DNA from: Malacoraja senta
Taxonomy: Eukaryota
DNA: 64,000 bases
Assembly: GCA_038087875.1 (NCBI GenBank)
Contig: CM075985.1
Location: 186,001 to 250,000, forward strand
Direction of reading: 5' to 3'
Positions 1-12,484 of this stretch are shown here, one piece after another; the first letter of the stretch is position 1; each line of letters begins with the position of its first letter. Position numbers and translations under genes: made by a program. The notes beneath the pieces are model-generated. The model searched no databases and had not been told where the DNA came from. It saw only the letters and a list, made by a program, of their open reading frames with translations.

Positions 1-368
1 ATCTGCTTCAACCTTCTATAAACAACTCCCTCAATCTAATTATTTCTCAAAGCAACTATTCCTTCACTTACATCTTATTCCTTATCACACTCATTATAAT
101 TTTACACAGCCAAGGCTAACTGCAGTCTATCATCTCTCAGCCTTGAATTCTGTCTCAAACCTAGCATAACAAGCCATAACTCTTCACGTTTATGTCACAT
201 TCAGAGCTCAAAAATGTGCCATAGAGACGGAGCAGATGGCCTAAGAAGAGGCCCCTTATTCAGCTTCCCATTCTTCAACACAAAGCCATATCAAATACAA
301 TTTCCTCCAGTGCTATAATTGCCCCCAAACAATAACCTAAGCTAAGCAGGTTCAGGTTCAGGCCTCCA

Positions 369-751
369 TGTTTTGATTCATCTTTGCCTGTGTGTATGTG
401 TCAGTTTGCACTTTATTTCAGTTCAGGGAAACTTTAAGCTTTTCTTTTGCAATTCACCTAGCTTATATAAAAGTCTCTATCCAAGCGGTTATATTTGTAT
501 AATATTTCCTCATTCCTCACTCTGGTCATTCTATGACCACTGATAGGATAATAACACAAGGCAGAGATTCATCAGCATTGGCTTATTAGTCATCCAAGTT
601 TATACCTAACCTCGAGATGCTTTATAGCCCCCAAAACCTGGACCACGTAGGTCAGCAGGCTGGCTTGTTGACACCAATGCTGTTCCCTACTTCTCTGCTG
701 TGCTTCCAACCCTAGCCCTTATGGTGCTCAATTATTCTGGACTTAATAACA
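369..751 (-). mobile_element. 3' LTR of ERV-A, copy 1 (383 bp)
   Basis: On the minus strand a polypurine tract GGAGAAGGAGGAA follows the env stop. It is followed by TGTT...AACA termini with a TATA-like TTTTATATAA and AATAAA inside. Confidence 0.75.
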
Positions 752-819
752 TTCCTCCTTCTCCACATTATTTAGTCTATTACACTCCTCCTCCAACATT
801 TCCTTCTCTACCTGCTGGT

Positions 820-2675
820 TCACACGTCTCTACATCCATCAGACTCCAACATCGTAATGTCTTCTTCTAGGTGCCGCAATAAGACCTGTCCACCAGTTTC
901 CACATTACCCAAGGCTGTCATTAGTCTGGTGATGATACATTTAACAATAGCAATTCCCACTAACAAACACATGATCACTATTGCTGCATTTATGGCCATG
1001 CTGATGATCCAATTATATAATCCCCCAAAACCCCAGTTTCCCCATCCAACACCCTCCTTCATTCCATCAAGCAGGGTAGTAATGTCCTCTTGATGTTTGG
1101 TGATATTACTAGTTCTATCCTGAACTCCCATCATACATTTTTCTTTTACAATAGCACACGTCCCTCCCTCACGGGCCAACAGATAATCTAAGGCATATCT
1201 ATTCTGTAAAGAGAACAGACGCATTTCTGATAGTTGGGTTTTTATTGCCTCCAAGGCGCCAGTAGTGGCATTTCCCAAAATGGTTAGTCCACAAATCATA
1301 TAGTTTCGATGTTTTGCTGCCAACCCTCCCCCCACACCTCTGAAGGTAAGCAGGCTTAGTACCCCCATCCCGCAGCATTCCACCTAGATGTTCCCATTGT
1401 AGTTGGGTTTCTCCAATTGGCACAGAATTCGGCGGATATTGCCCTGCGCAGAGTCCTTTGGTTTTGTCGGGATCAACTCTCTGGGCAGGGAACGGTGGTG
1501 GGGACAAGGGTCCCGATGGCTACGTTCTTTGGAAAAGGAGGTTTTAGCACATTGGTCCCTTTGCCATTGAAAAAGAAGTAATACCCTTCCTCGGTGTATA
1601 TGGACCCATGACAGTCCATGCGTGTATTAATCACCTCGCCACCCTTTGCCCAGTCCATCCAATTGCTTGAAATCCAATTGGTGTATCTTGGGATGGGCAA
1701 GTGATAGAATCCTACAGTTAGATGGGTTCCATTGGCCCACCCACAAAGCAGTTGAAACCCTGCAGAGACTGGGACGCATCTTTTGGGAATGGTGCATTGG
1801 ATGCCCTTAGATGTGCTGTTGCAACTAGGTTGTCGTGGGGTTCGTACTATGCACGTAATGTTGGAAGGGACGTCAACAACTATGCACCCGTATCCCTGGT
1901 TAGTGAAGCATCATCCGTATTGTCTATTGTCGGTGTTAGGGGTAAAGTTACACGGCATTAGTGGTTCTACTCTGGTACACAAAGAGTTTTGACAGCCTGG
2001 GTATGAATGCTTATTGTCGCCAGGTAATGGCAAACAGTTAGCTGGTGGGGCTAAGAACTCGTCATAATAGATGGTGACAGCTTTGACCGGAACTGGCATC
2101 TCATCTTGACACTTTACTAATCGTTAAATCCTTCCCCACTCAGGAGATACTGTAAATAGGCTAATAACAGATTTCATAGCGGGGTAACACACAACTTGCC
2201 CTTTACCAAATAATTCATTACGGGCCCGTATAAACACGTTAGTGTCTTTTTCTTCAAATTCTCCCTTTTCCCGTATTTGTTGTTCAGGTTCTGTCCTTTG
2301 GAGCCCCGGGTGGACCTGTAATGCTACTTGATAACATAGTCCATCATACAAGTGTTTATTTAGAGTTCGGTCCTCCCCGGGGTTCCTCCTGCAAGATAAG
2401 TCAACCCTGCATATCCGGTACCCACATGGAAACTCCCAGAGTGACTGATCAATTAGGTAGAGGCTTCAGTTAGTCTGTTGCATTTTGCCATGGCAGTAGT
2501 TAATTTTAATTATGTTCCATCTTCCGAGGACTTCTGGGCCTCTACATTGTACAACATCTCCTTTGCAGAGGTGAAATATCCTATATGCGTGTCCTGGAAC
2601 ACATCGTCGAATCTCTCCTTTATTTCCCTCTGTCTGCAGAAGCATTAGGTTGCATGGCAGGATAAATCGCCTCAT
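820..2675 (-). pseudogene. env: ERV-A env (SU-TM), disrupted, copy 1
   Basis: Immunosuppressive-domain motif LQNRYALDYLLAREGGTC, furin site RTLRR and a hydrophobic anchor WIISMAINAAIVIMCLLVGIAIV. Split by stops and frameshifts. Confidence 0.9.
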
Positions 2676-2830
2676 TTGAATTTATCTGCAAATGAATGCA
2701 AAGGCTTACAAAAAGTTCATTTCTTACTTAATTGACTTAATCAACTATTCACTCAAGTTAACCATCCTTCAGTCAGTCAGTCCAGTAATCAGTCGCATAT
2801 TCTTAACCATATAGCAAAATAAGGATTCAA

Positions 2831-2890
2831 AACTAAACTTATAATGCTACAACTAAACGTATAATGATACAACTAAACTTATAATGATAC
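2831..2890. repeat. 3 x 20 bp direct repeat between ERV-A pol and env (also 34352-34411)
   Basis: AACTAAACTTATAATGATAC occurs three times with single mismatches. Confidence 0.9.
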
Positions 2891-2954
2891 AACTCCCAAG
2901 CAAAGCAGCAATGTAAAAACTAAAAACTCTGAGTTGAAAATAAAATGACTCTTC

Positions 2955-4451
2955 TCACCCCTTATGATTGGGCTCCCCAATCAGTTTGCAGTGGTGCAGA
3001 TGAACCCATGCAGCACGAACCTCGACGTTGGCAGCGGTTGGAGTGGTGAGGAGGACCTGGAAGGGACCATCCCAACGTGAGTCCAAGTGCTTACGCTTCC
3101 AGTTCCTGACCAGCACATAGCAACATGTCTGAATATTAGATGGAACTTTGAGCGCTGGCGCCTCACCATTTGCAGCCCTGACCTGTGAATGAGAAGTTCG
3201 CAAAGCACGGGTTAAAGTTAATACATAGGATGTCATTTCCTCAGTCATCTGGTAGAAATGGACCGCTGCGGGGACATGGAAATGGACCGCCTGGTCATTC
3301 CATGGCATCCGTAAAGGTCGACCATATATTATTTCCGCAGGCGTCAGTCGTGCCGTACCAGAAGGAGTGGTCTGTATCTGAAAAAGAGCTACAGGAAGCA
3401 GTTTAAACCATGTTAAGCCAGTCTGTGCCACTAATTTAGCTAATTTGGTTTTCAAAGTCTGATTTGCCCGTTCCACCAATCCGGCGGCCTAAGGTCTATA
3501 TGCACAATGGAGCTGTTGATGTATCTGTAATTGTTGGCACATTTCTTTGTTTACTGCAGCAATAAAATGAGGACCTTTATCGGAACTTAAACGCGCAGGA
3601 ACACCGAATCGCGGTATGATTTCGCGTAACAATATTTTTACAATGGTAGACGCCTTATTGTCAGTGGTCAGGTATGCATCAATCCATTTACTGAAAACAT
3701 CGACAATTACAAGAACATACTTATAACACTGACACCTTTTCAACTCAATGTAGTCCATTTGCAAGGTCTCAAATGGACCTGCTGGTAAAGGGATCTTACC
3801 TGGTTCACAGGGCAAGCCTTTACCTGGATTATGCTGCTGGCAAATCAGACATCGCTGGCTGACACGCTGGGCCAAGTCCAGAAGTTTTGGATGCCACCAG
3901 GTGTCTAAAAGCATATCATTTCCGGCCTTGGCACCACAATGAGTTGCAAAGTGTACACATTCAATAATCCATAACGCAAGTTCATCAGACATGCAAGTCT
4001 GGCCTGCAGGCGTAACCCATAAGCTAGTGACAGGATCAAACACACAGCCCTGGTCCTGCCACAGCTGTTTTTCCTGTGCAGGAGCGTCCTCCTGTATTTG
4101 AAGTACTTCCTGGATGGTTGGCATTCCTTTTTCCGGGGGAGACTGATTCTTACTGGAATTTTTAGTCTGCCTCATCATTCGGGGCACAACAACCTGGTTA
4201 GTCCAAGAAGCTTTTTTTAGCAGCACCATCGGCAAGCGATTGCCGATATCTATAGGGCTCTGGCCTGATGTGTGGGCACGAACTTTAATAACTGCAAGCT
4301 GACTGGGCAATTGGATTGCCTGTAAAAGGTTGGAAACTAACTTCTGGTGTGAAATAACTGTTCCTGATGAGGTCAGGAAGCCTCGATTTTTCCACAATTG
4401 CCTATAATCGTAAACAACTCCGAAAGCATACTGTAAATCAGTGTAAATATT
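2955..4451 (-). pseudogene. pol: ERV-A pol 3' part (RNase H C-terminus plus integrase), epsilon-like class I, copy 1
   Basis: NIYTD..YAFG..LWKNRGFLTSSG (RNase H); HFATH/CLIC zinc finger; QMDY, SSDKG, LVER; WDGPFQV. Premature TAG at CAYRP*. Confidence 0.95.
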
Positions 4452-4800
4452 TTACCTTATTACAGACACTAAGATTATTGTCAGATAATTTAAAATCAGG
4501 AAATGTTAGACATTTATCCTCTTTGGTTCTACAGATCATAACAGCATTCTTACTAGCATTATATTTAATGTCATGTTCCACACCATACACAGAACATATA
4601 GTATGGAGCTGCTGGGGACCAGCGCTAGATGGACTAAAGATCACAAGATCATCTGCATACATAATATGGTTCAGTAAAATATTACCAATCACGCACCCAG
4701 TGTTACAGGCCTTCAATTGTTTAGACAGATCATCAATATATAGATTAAAAGGTCTGGGGACAAAATTCCCCCTTGTCTAACACCATTGGTATCCCCAAAT
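4445..4800 (-). mobile_element. RTE-X-like LINE RT fragment (copy 2 about 35967-36322)
   Basis: GVRQGGILSP, FNLYIDDLS and NHIMYADDL motifs. Confidence 0.7.
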
Positions 4801-5030
4801 GGATAAGTCCCATTAGGGTCTTTTTACCCTTACACTTCCTTAGTTCTATCCATACTGACTCCACATCTCCTGTTTCAATGTCACCCCTTGCAAGGGACTG
4901 AACTTCATTCCTCACCAACAGAGCTACCCCAGCCCCTCTGCCCACCTGTCTGTCTATTCTATAGGAGATATATCCTTGAATATTCAGTTCCCATCACCAG
5001 CCCTCTTGCAGCCATGTCTCTGTAATTCCT
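4800..5030 (-). mobile_element. CR1 endonuclease fragment (copy 2 about 36322-36550)
   Basis: GRGAGVALLVRNEV...VESVWIELRKCKGKKTLMG. Confidence 0.8.
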
Positions 5031-6226
5031 ACAACAAGCCGTGCGCATGAGTTTAGTTTTACATTTAGAGATGCAGAGTCGAAACAGGCCCTTCAGCGCA
5101 CCAAGTCTGCGAAGGATATTTAAAATAAAAGGGCTGTTTAAAGTTCACCAGCTGAAACTTTTTATAAAAATCGAATTGGAAGGAAATGTGAAGAATCATA
5201 ATGAAAATGTTCCCAAGAGCTGGCATCATTCCGGGGGAGCACATGGTAATTTTGATAACCAATTCGACAGAGATATTTGGGTCTCCAATTCATGGTTCAA
5301 AGATGCAAAAAGTTGGGTCTTCAAGTGAAGCTTTGACTAAATCAAACCCTATTTTAAAAGAATTTTAAATTAAAAGGAGTCTGCAGATGCTGTAAACGAG
5401 TTCATGTGGAAGAATAAGCAACGGTTAAACAAGCCAATTTATTTCATTTGAAGTGAAAATGCAATTTGTCCAATTTAAACAAGTTTGCCTGAACCATGGA
5501 TATTTGCCCAGCCTCAAAGATTTACGTTTTCTCACCCCATCACCAACAAAAGCATGATTAGTTCAAAACGGAATAGATTATTCTACAGAGGCATCGTTTA
5601 AGACTCGGCTGAATCCAACATTCCTAAAGCACTATCATAATTAACTTGTTTAAGAAAGAACTGCACATGCTGGAAAAATCGAAGGTTGACAAAAATCCTG
5701 GAGAAACTCAGCGGATGAGGCAGCATGCATCTAGACGCCGCCTCACCTGCTGAGTTTCTCCAGCATTTTTGTCTACCATAATTAACTCACTCCCTTCTCC
5801 CAGGAGATGGGTATATGGAACAAGCTGCCAGAGGACGTAGTGGAGGCTGGTACAATGGCATTTAGAAGATATTTGGACAGGACTATTTGGACTAATTGTG
5901 TTTCTCTAATATACATGGACCCTTTTTTGCTGTTTAATAAGGGTTTTACAGTGCAATATGTTACACTACTGTTGTGCTGCTACGTAACCCACTCCATGCC
6001 ACACTGAGGAACACCTTCAGCAACAGACTGGTTCCACCAAGATGCAGCACAGAATGCCACAGGAGATCCTGCTCCCCTATGGCTATCAAACTGTACAACT
6101 CCACCCCCTTCTGTCATGGGGTAGACTGACTAACCCCCTCCCCTCCCCAATCTTTGCACATCCGCAATCCTTTCCACTCATCACTTTAATTTCATGTTTC
6201 ATGTTTAGTTTAGTTTAGTTTAGTTT

Positions 6227-6553
6227 AGAGATACAGCGCAGAAACAGGCCCTTCGGCCCACCGGGTCCGTGGCAACCAGCGATCCCCGCACATTAACACT
6301 AACCAGCGATCATCCTGTACACTAGCACTACTCCACACACAAGGGACATCTACAATGTTACCAAAGCCAATTAACCTACAATCCTGTACGTCTTTGGTGT
6401 GTGGGAGAAAACCGAAGATCTGAGAAAACCCACGCAGGTCACGGGGAGAACGTACAAACTCCGTATAGACAGCACCCGTAATCGGGATCGAACCTGGGTC
6501 TCCGGCGTGCATGTGCTGTAAGGCAGCAACACTACCGCTGCGCCACCATGACC
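6227..6553 (-). mobile_element. tRNA-derived SINE (HE1/V-SINE-like); copy 2 about 37750-38077
   Basis: The reverse complement starts with a tRNA-like A box (GGTGGCGCAGCGGTAG) and B box (GGTTCGATCCC), continues with the family core, and ends in a (CTAAA)n tail. Confidence 0.85.
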
Positions 6554-6942
6554 GTCTTTATCTTGTATTGTAATGACTGTTGGCAGAACAATTTCCCTCC
6601 TTGGATAGATAAAGTTCTATCCTATCGTAAGTCAGCATTTAATAGTTCAGTTTGTGACATATGACAATAAAACATTCTTGACAGGTACATGGATAGGATA
6701 GGTATGGAGAGATATGGAACAAATGCAGGCAGGAGGAACTAGTGTAGATGGGGCATCTTGGTCAATGTGGGCAAGACAAAATGTGCAGGAACAGCAGATG
6801 CAGGTTTACACTGAAGATAGACACAAAATGCTGCAGTAACTCAGCAGGACAGGCAGATTACAACTCAGCGATATCAATATTGATTTCTCCAACTTCAAGT
6901 AACCCTTGCCTTCCCTCTCTCTCCACCCATCCCCAACCCTAG

Positions 6943-7700
6943 TTAGAAATATAGAAAATAGGTGCAGGAGTAGGCCATTCGGCCTATCGAGCCTGCACCA
7001 CCATTCGATATGATCATGGCTGATCATCCAACTCAGTATCCCATCCCTGCATTCTCTCCATACCCCCTGATCCCTTTAGCCACAAGGGCCACATCTAACT
7101 CCCTCTTAAATATAGCCAATGAACTGGCCTCAATTACCTTCTGTGGCAGAGAATTCCACAGATTCACCACTCTGTGTAAAAAAAGATTTTCTCATCTCGG
7201 TCCTAAAAAACTTCCCTCTTATCCTTAAACTGTGACGCCCTAGTTCTGTACTTCCCCAATATCGGGAATAATCTTCCTGCATCTAGCCTGTCCAACCCCT
7301 TAAGAATTTTGTAAGTTTCTATAAGATCCCACCTTAATCTTCTGAATGCTAGCGTGTGTAAGCCGAGTGTATCCAGTCTTTCTTCATATGAAAGTCCTGC
7401 CATCCCAGGAATCAGTCTGCTGAACCTTCTCTGTACACCCTCTATGGCAAGAATGTCTTTCCTCAGATTAGGAGACCAAAACTGTATGCAATACTCCAGG
7501 TGTGGTCTCACCAAGACCCTGTACAACTGCAATAGAACCTCCCAGCTCTTATACTCAAATCATTTTGCTATGAATGCTAACATACCATTTGGTTTCTTCA
7601 CTGCCTGCTGCACCTGCATTCCTACTTTCAATGACTGGTGTGCCATGACACCCAGGTCTCGTTGCATCTCCCATTTTCCTAATCGGCCACCATTCTCCAA
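6943..7700 (-). mobile_element. CR1 LINE 3' fragment (copy 2 about 38468-39230)
   Basis: LYRVLVRPHLEYCIQFWSP...LSYEERL followed by the CR1 3' UTR. Confidence 0.9.
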
Positions 7701-7714
7701 CTAGCTTCATTGTC

Positions 7715-7870
7715 CTGTGAAACGTCACCTATCCATGTTCTTCACAGATGCTGCCTGACACGCTGAGTTACTCCAGCAATCTGTGAAACGTCATCTATCC
7801 ATGTTCTACACAGATGCTGCCTGACCCGCTGAGTTACTCCAGCAATCCGTGAAATGTCATCTATCCATGT
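7715..7870 (+). repeat. 66 bp tandem repeat, 2 units plus a partial (Penelope-tail derived)
   Basis: Unit CTGTGAAACGTCACCTATCCATGTTC...GAGTTACTCCAGCAAT, period 66. Confidence 0.9.
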
Positions 7871-9518
7871 TATAACCATATAACCATATAACAATTACAG
7901 CACGGAAACACGCAATCTCGGCCCTTCTGGTCCGTGCCGAACACTTATTTTCCCCTAGTCCCATCTACCTGCACTCAGACCATAACCCTCCATTCCTTTC
8001 CCATCCATATACCTATCCAATTTATTTTTAAGTGGTAAAATCGAACCTGCCTCCACCACTTCCACTGGAAGCTCATTCCGCACAGCTACCACTGTCTGAG
8101 TAAAGGAGTTCCCCCTCATGTTACCCCTAATCTTCTGTTCCTTAATTCTCAAGTCATGTCCTCTTGTTTGAATCTTCCCTACTCTCAATGGGAAAAGCTT
8201 ATCCACGTCAACTCTGTCTATCCCTCTCATCATTTAAAGACCTCTATCAAGTCCCCCTTAACGTTCTGCGTTCCAAAGAATAAAGACCTAACTTGTTCAA
8301 CCTTTCTCTGTAACTTAGTTGTTGAAACTCAGGCAACATTCTAGTAAACCTCCTCTGTACTCCCTCTATTTTGTTGACATCCTCCCTATAATTAGACGAC
8401 CAAAATTGTACACCATACTCCAGAATTGGCCTCACCAATGCCTTGTACAATTTTCACATTCCATTCCAGCTTCTATACTCAATGCTCTGATTTATGAATG
8501 CCAGCACACCAAAAGCTTTCTTTACCACCCTATTTACATGAGATTCCACCTTCAGGGAACTATGCACAGTTATTCCTAGATCCCTCTGTTCAACTGCATT
8601 GCTCAATTCGCTACCATTTACCATGTACGTCCTATTTTGATTTGTCCTGCCAAGATGTAGCACCTCACACTTATCTGCATTAAACTCCATCTGCTATCTT
8701 TCAGCCGACTCTTCCAAATGGCCTAAATATCTCTGTAGACTTTGAAAATCTACTTCATTATCCACAACACCACCTATCTTAGTATCATCTGCATACCTAC
8801 TAATCCAATTTACCACACCACCATCCAGACCATTAATGTACATGACAAACAACAGTGGACCCAACACAGATCCCTGAGGCACCCCACTAGTCACCGGCCT
8901 CCAACCTGACAAACAGCCATCCACCATTACTCTCTGGCATCTCCCATTCAGCCACTGTTGAATCCATCTTGCTACTCCACCATTAATACCCAATTGAACT
9001 TTCTTAACCAACCCTCCATGAGGAACCTTGTCAAAGGCCTTACTGAAGTCCATATAGACAACATCCACTGCGTTACCCTCATCAATTTCCCCAGTCCCCA
9101 GAAAAAATTCAAGATTAGTCAAACATGACCTTCCAGGCACAAATCCATGTTGACTGTTCCTATTCAGATCCTGTTGATCCAGATGCTTATATATATTATC
9201 TCTAAGTATCCTTTCCATTAATTTGCCCACCACTGACGTCAAACTAACAGGTCTATAATTGCTAGGTTTACTCTTAGAACCCTTTTAATACAATGGAACA
9301 ACATGCGCAGTACGCCAATCCTCCAGCACTATTCCCGTTTCTAATGGCATTTAAAATATTTCTCTCATAGCCCCTGCTATTTCTACACTAACTTCCCTCA
9401 AGACTTATCCACTTTTATATATTTTTTAAAGTGTCAGTACTTCCTCTTCTTTTAATCTCATAGTTTCCATAGCTTTTCTACTTGTTTCCCTTACCTCACA
9501 TAATTCAATATCCTTCTC
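7870..9518 (-). mobile_element. CR1 LINE 3' half, RT region (copy 2 about 39528-41185)
   Basis: DFSKAFDKVPH, SGVPQGSVLGP and YADD motifs; (ATAACC)n tail. Confidence 0.92.
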
Positions 9519-10554
9519 CAGAGATGTTCTCCAGAGATGCTCCCTAACATTTGTCGTTTCAGGTCAGGACCCTTCCGGTTTGAGTGGGCCAGTGGAGTAG
9601 AGAAGCCAAGGCAGTTGTTGCACCAACAGTGGATATAAAAAGGTCCAGAGAGGGTAGAAGGGTGGGTAGGGGGAGAGGCGGGGGGGGATGTAGAAGACTG
9701 GAGACAGGATTGTCACTGGATGGATAGGATTCTCTCCCATAAAGAAAAGCTCAGAGGTGGCAGTAGAGCCCTACGTCCCTATGTTCCCAATGTAGGGGGT
9801 CCAGTACCAGGGGGTCACAGTTTAAGAATAAGACTCGCTGAGTCACTCCACCTTTTATCTTGGTCTATTAATGGATTCAAATCTACCTTAGATCTCCTTT
9901 TATCATCCTGCTTGGCACTCTCCACCGGCATTTTTGATACAGGTTCCTTTGTTTCTAAATACGTAGAGTGAATTTTAAAGCTCTAATCTGTTCAATATCT
10001 CGCAAACTGTGAACCCACTTCAAGTTGATGGATGGAATGGAGCCCGTCCGTCTCTCATGGTTACGGATGCAGTTCATTGTGATGTCGCCGGCCAGGCACA
10101 TTATGAGGTCACCTCTGATTATGATGGTTTACAAACTTGCGATCTTATGAATGGAAGGCCGGCCCAGAAGGGAATAAACCATTTCACCATATGACCACAG
10201 GTCACAGTGGTTATAACCAACTGGACTCAAGTGTTAGATACAAGGAACTCAGTTCAATTGAGTTTATTGTCACGTGTACGGAGAAATGCTTTTTGTCGCA
10301 TGTTAAAAACAGTTAGCAGAAAGACATTGCATGATTACAATCGAGCCATTTGCAATGTATAGATACATGGTAAAGGAATAACGTTTAGTGCAAGGAAAAG
10401 CCAGCAAGGATAGTCCGAGGGTCACCAATGAGGTAGATAGTAGTTCAGAACTGCTCTCTGGTTGTGGTAGGATGATTTAGTTGCCTGGTAACAGCTGGGA
10501 AGAAACTGTCCCTGAATCTGGAGGTGTGCGTTTTCACACTCCTGTACCTTTCCT

Positions 10555-11075
10555 AACTTGCAGAAGGACATTCTTACTATTGAGGGAGTGCAGCGTAAGT
10601 TCACCAGGTCAATATCCGGGGTGGCGAGACTTACGTATGATGGAAGCATGGGTAGACTGGGCTTGAATTCGCTGGAAATGAGAAGGATGAGAGGGTATCT
10701 TATGAAAACATATAACATTCTTAAAGGAGTTAAGGCTAGATGCAGGAACAATGTTCCCGATGTTCGGGGAGTCCAGAACCAGGGGTCACAGTTTAAGAAT
10801 AACGGGTTAGGCCATTTAGGACTCAGAAGAGGGAAAACATTTTCACGCAGAAAATCTGTAGAATTCTCTGCCACAGAAGGCAGTGGAGGCCAATTCACTG
10901 GATGTTTTCAAGTGAGTGTTGGATGTGGCTCTTTGGGCTAACAGAATCAAGGGATATGGGGAGATAGCAGGAATGGGGTATTGATTTTGGATGATCAGCC
11001 AAAATCATATTGAAAAATCATGCTAGCTCGAAGGGCCGAATGGCCTACTCCTGCACCTATTTTCTATGTTTCTAC
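10555..11075 (+). mobile_element. CR1 3' fragment (copy 2 about 42230-42750)
   Basis: QKDILTIEGVQRKFTR...LTYD.RM.RLGL followed by the 3' UTR. Confidence 0.85.
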
Positions 11076-11219
11076 GTCATGGTGAGTCCAGCACTCGTTG
11101 ACGTCTGGTCCTGAAGACGGGTCCTGAACCAAAACATCACCCACTCATGTTCTCCAGAGATGGTGCTCAACCCGCTGAGTTACTCCAGCACAAACAATAT
11201 TAAATCTCAAGTGTTTTCA

Positions 11220-11492
11220 TTTCGAGATACAGTGTGGCAACGGGCCCTTTGGCCCACCGAGTCCACGCCGACCAGTATTCACCTCTACACCCTCACTATC
11301 CTACACACTGGGGACTTTTTACCAAAGCCAATTAACCTACAAACCTGCACGTCTTTGGAGTGTGGGAGGAAACCGGAGCATCCGTAGAAAACCCACGCTG
11401 GTCACGAGGGGAACATACAAACTCTGTACAGACAGCACCTGGGTCTCCGGCACAGTGAGGCAGCAACTCTACCGCTGAGCCACACTGCCATG
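11220..11492 (-). mobile_element. tRNA-derived SINE (copy 2 about 42895-43167)
   Basis: Same family core as 6227-6553. Confidence 0.8.
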
Positions 11493-11920
11493 TTGGGGAA
11501 AAATACTTAAAAAACAGCAGAATATTTTTGCCATTTGCCAAATGAGAGTTGTCTATAGTCAAAGAGTGTGTAGTTTGTTCCTGGCACGAAAATACTTCTG
11601 CTTTATCAGTTTCACGCTTAACTCTATAAACCTAAAGACTCCATTGTTGGAATGCAATTCAATATTTGACAAATCTGAACACCTTAACAGACAGATATAA
11701 AGCACACAGAGGGATTACTGGTGTACATTTTCCCTTTGTAGTCCCTGAGAAATCAGTGGCTGTGGCAGAGGGTTTTTCTGATGTTCTAAGCCATGCCAAT
11801 CCAGATATGATTGAATGACGGAGAGGACTTGATGTACCAAATGGAGAAGGAACATCTCATTGGGTTTTAAAGTTTGCAGAGGGCTGACATACAACTTCCT
11901 TAGCATCAAGTGAATTGATC

Positions 11921-12215
11921 AGCATGGTGGCGCAGCGATAGACTAAGAGTTGCTGCCTTACAGTGCCAGAGACCCGGGTTTGATCCTGTCTACGTGTGCG
12001 TGTAGTTTGTACGTTCTCCCTGTGACCCACGTGGGATTCCTTCCGGTGCTCTGGTTTCCTCCCACATTCTAGAGATGTGCCGGTGTGTAGGTTAATTGAC
12101 GCCTGTAAATTGCCCCTAGTGTGAAGGATATGGGACTAGTGTACAGGTGATCGTTGGTTGGCATGGGCTCGGTGGGCGGAAGGGCCTGTTTTCACGCCAT
12201 CTCTCTAAAACAAAC
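11921..12215 (+). mobile_element. tRNA-derived SINE (copy 2 about 43597-43890)
   Basis: GGTGGCGCAGCG...GTTGCTGCCTTACAG..CCAGAGACCCGGGTT.GATCC head plus family core. Confidence 0.85.
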
Positions 12216-12484
12216 TATTGCCGTTACTTCGTTGGTCTCAGTTTAACATTGCTTGTGAAAGTCAGCAAAGTACAAGATTCTTTCTATAGCCCGCAGACCA
12301 GTGAGCCCATGTGTTCATATCTTTAACCAGACAGTCAGAACTTTTTTAGTTTAGTTTAGAGATACAGCACAGAATCAGGCCCTTCAGCCCACCGCGTCCA
12401 CGTCAACCAGTGATACCCGTGCATTAAACTACCCCACACACACTAGGGACAATTTACATTTATACCAAATTAACCTACTCTCTA

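Noticed and set aside
5150-5560. MHC alpha2-like peptide FDRDIWV...W
   Set aside because: Neighbouring frames give RIIMKMFPR, SNSWFKD, EFMWKNK and LPSLKD, closer to a decayed L1 ORF2. Neither call is strong enough to list as a feature.
9840-10250. Non-TE segment with a short ORF and a kinase-like DLWSYG on the minus strand
   Set aside because: No further motifs, early stops and no consistent splice sites.
11921-11990. tRNA genes at SINE heads
   Set aside because: The A/B boxes run directly into the SINE core, with no complete cloverleaf or terminator.
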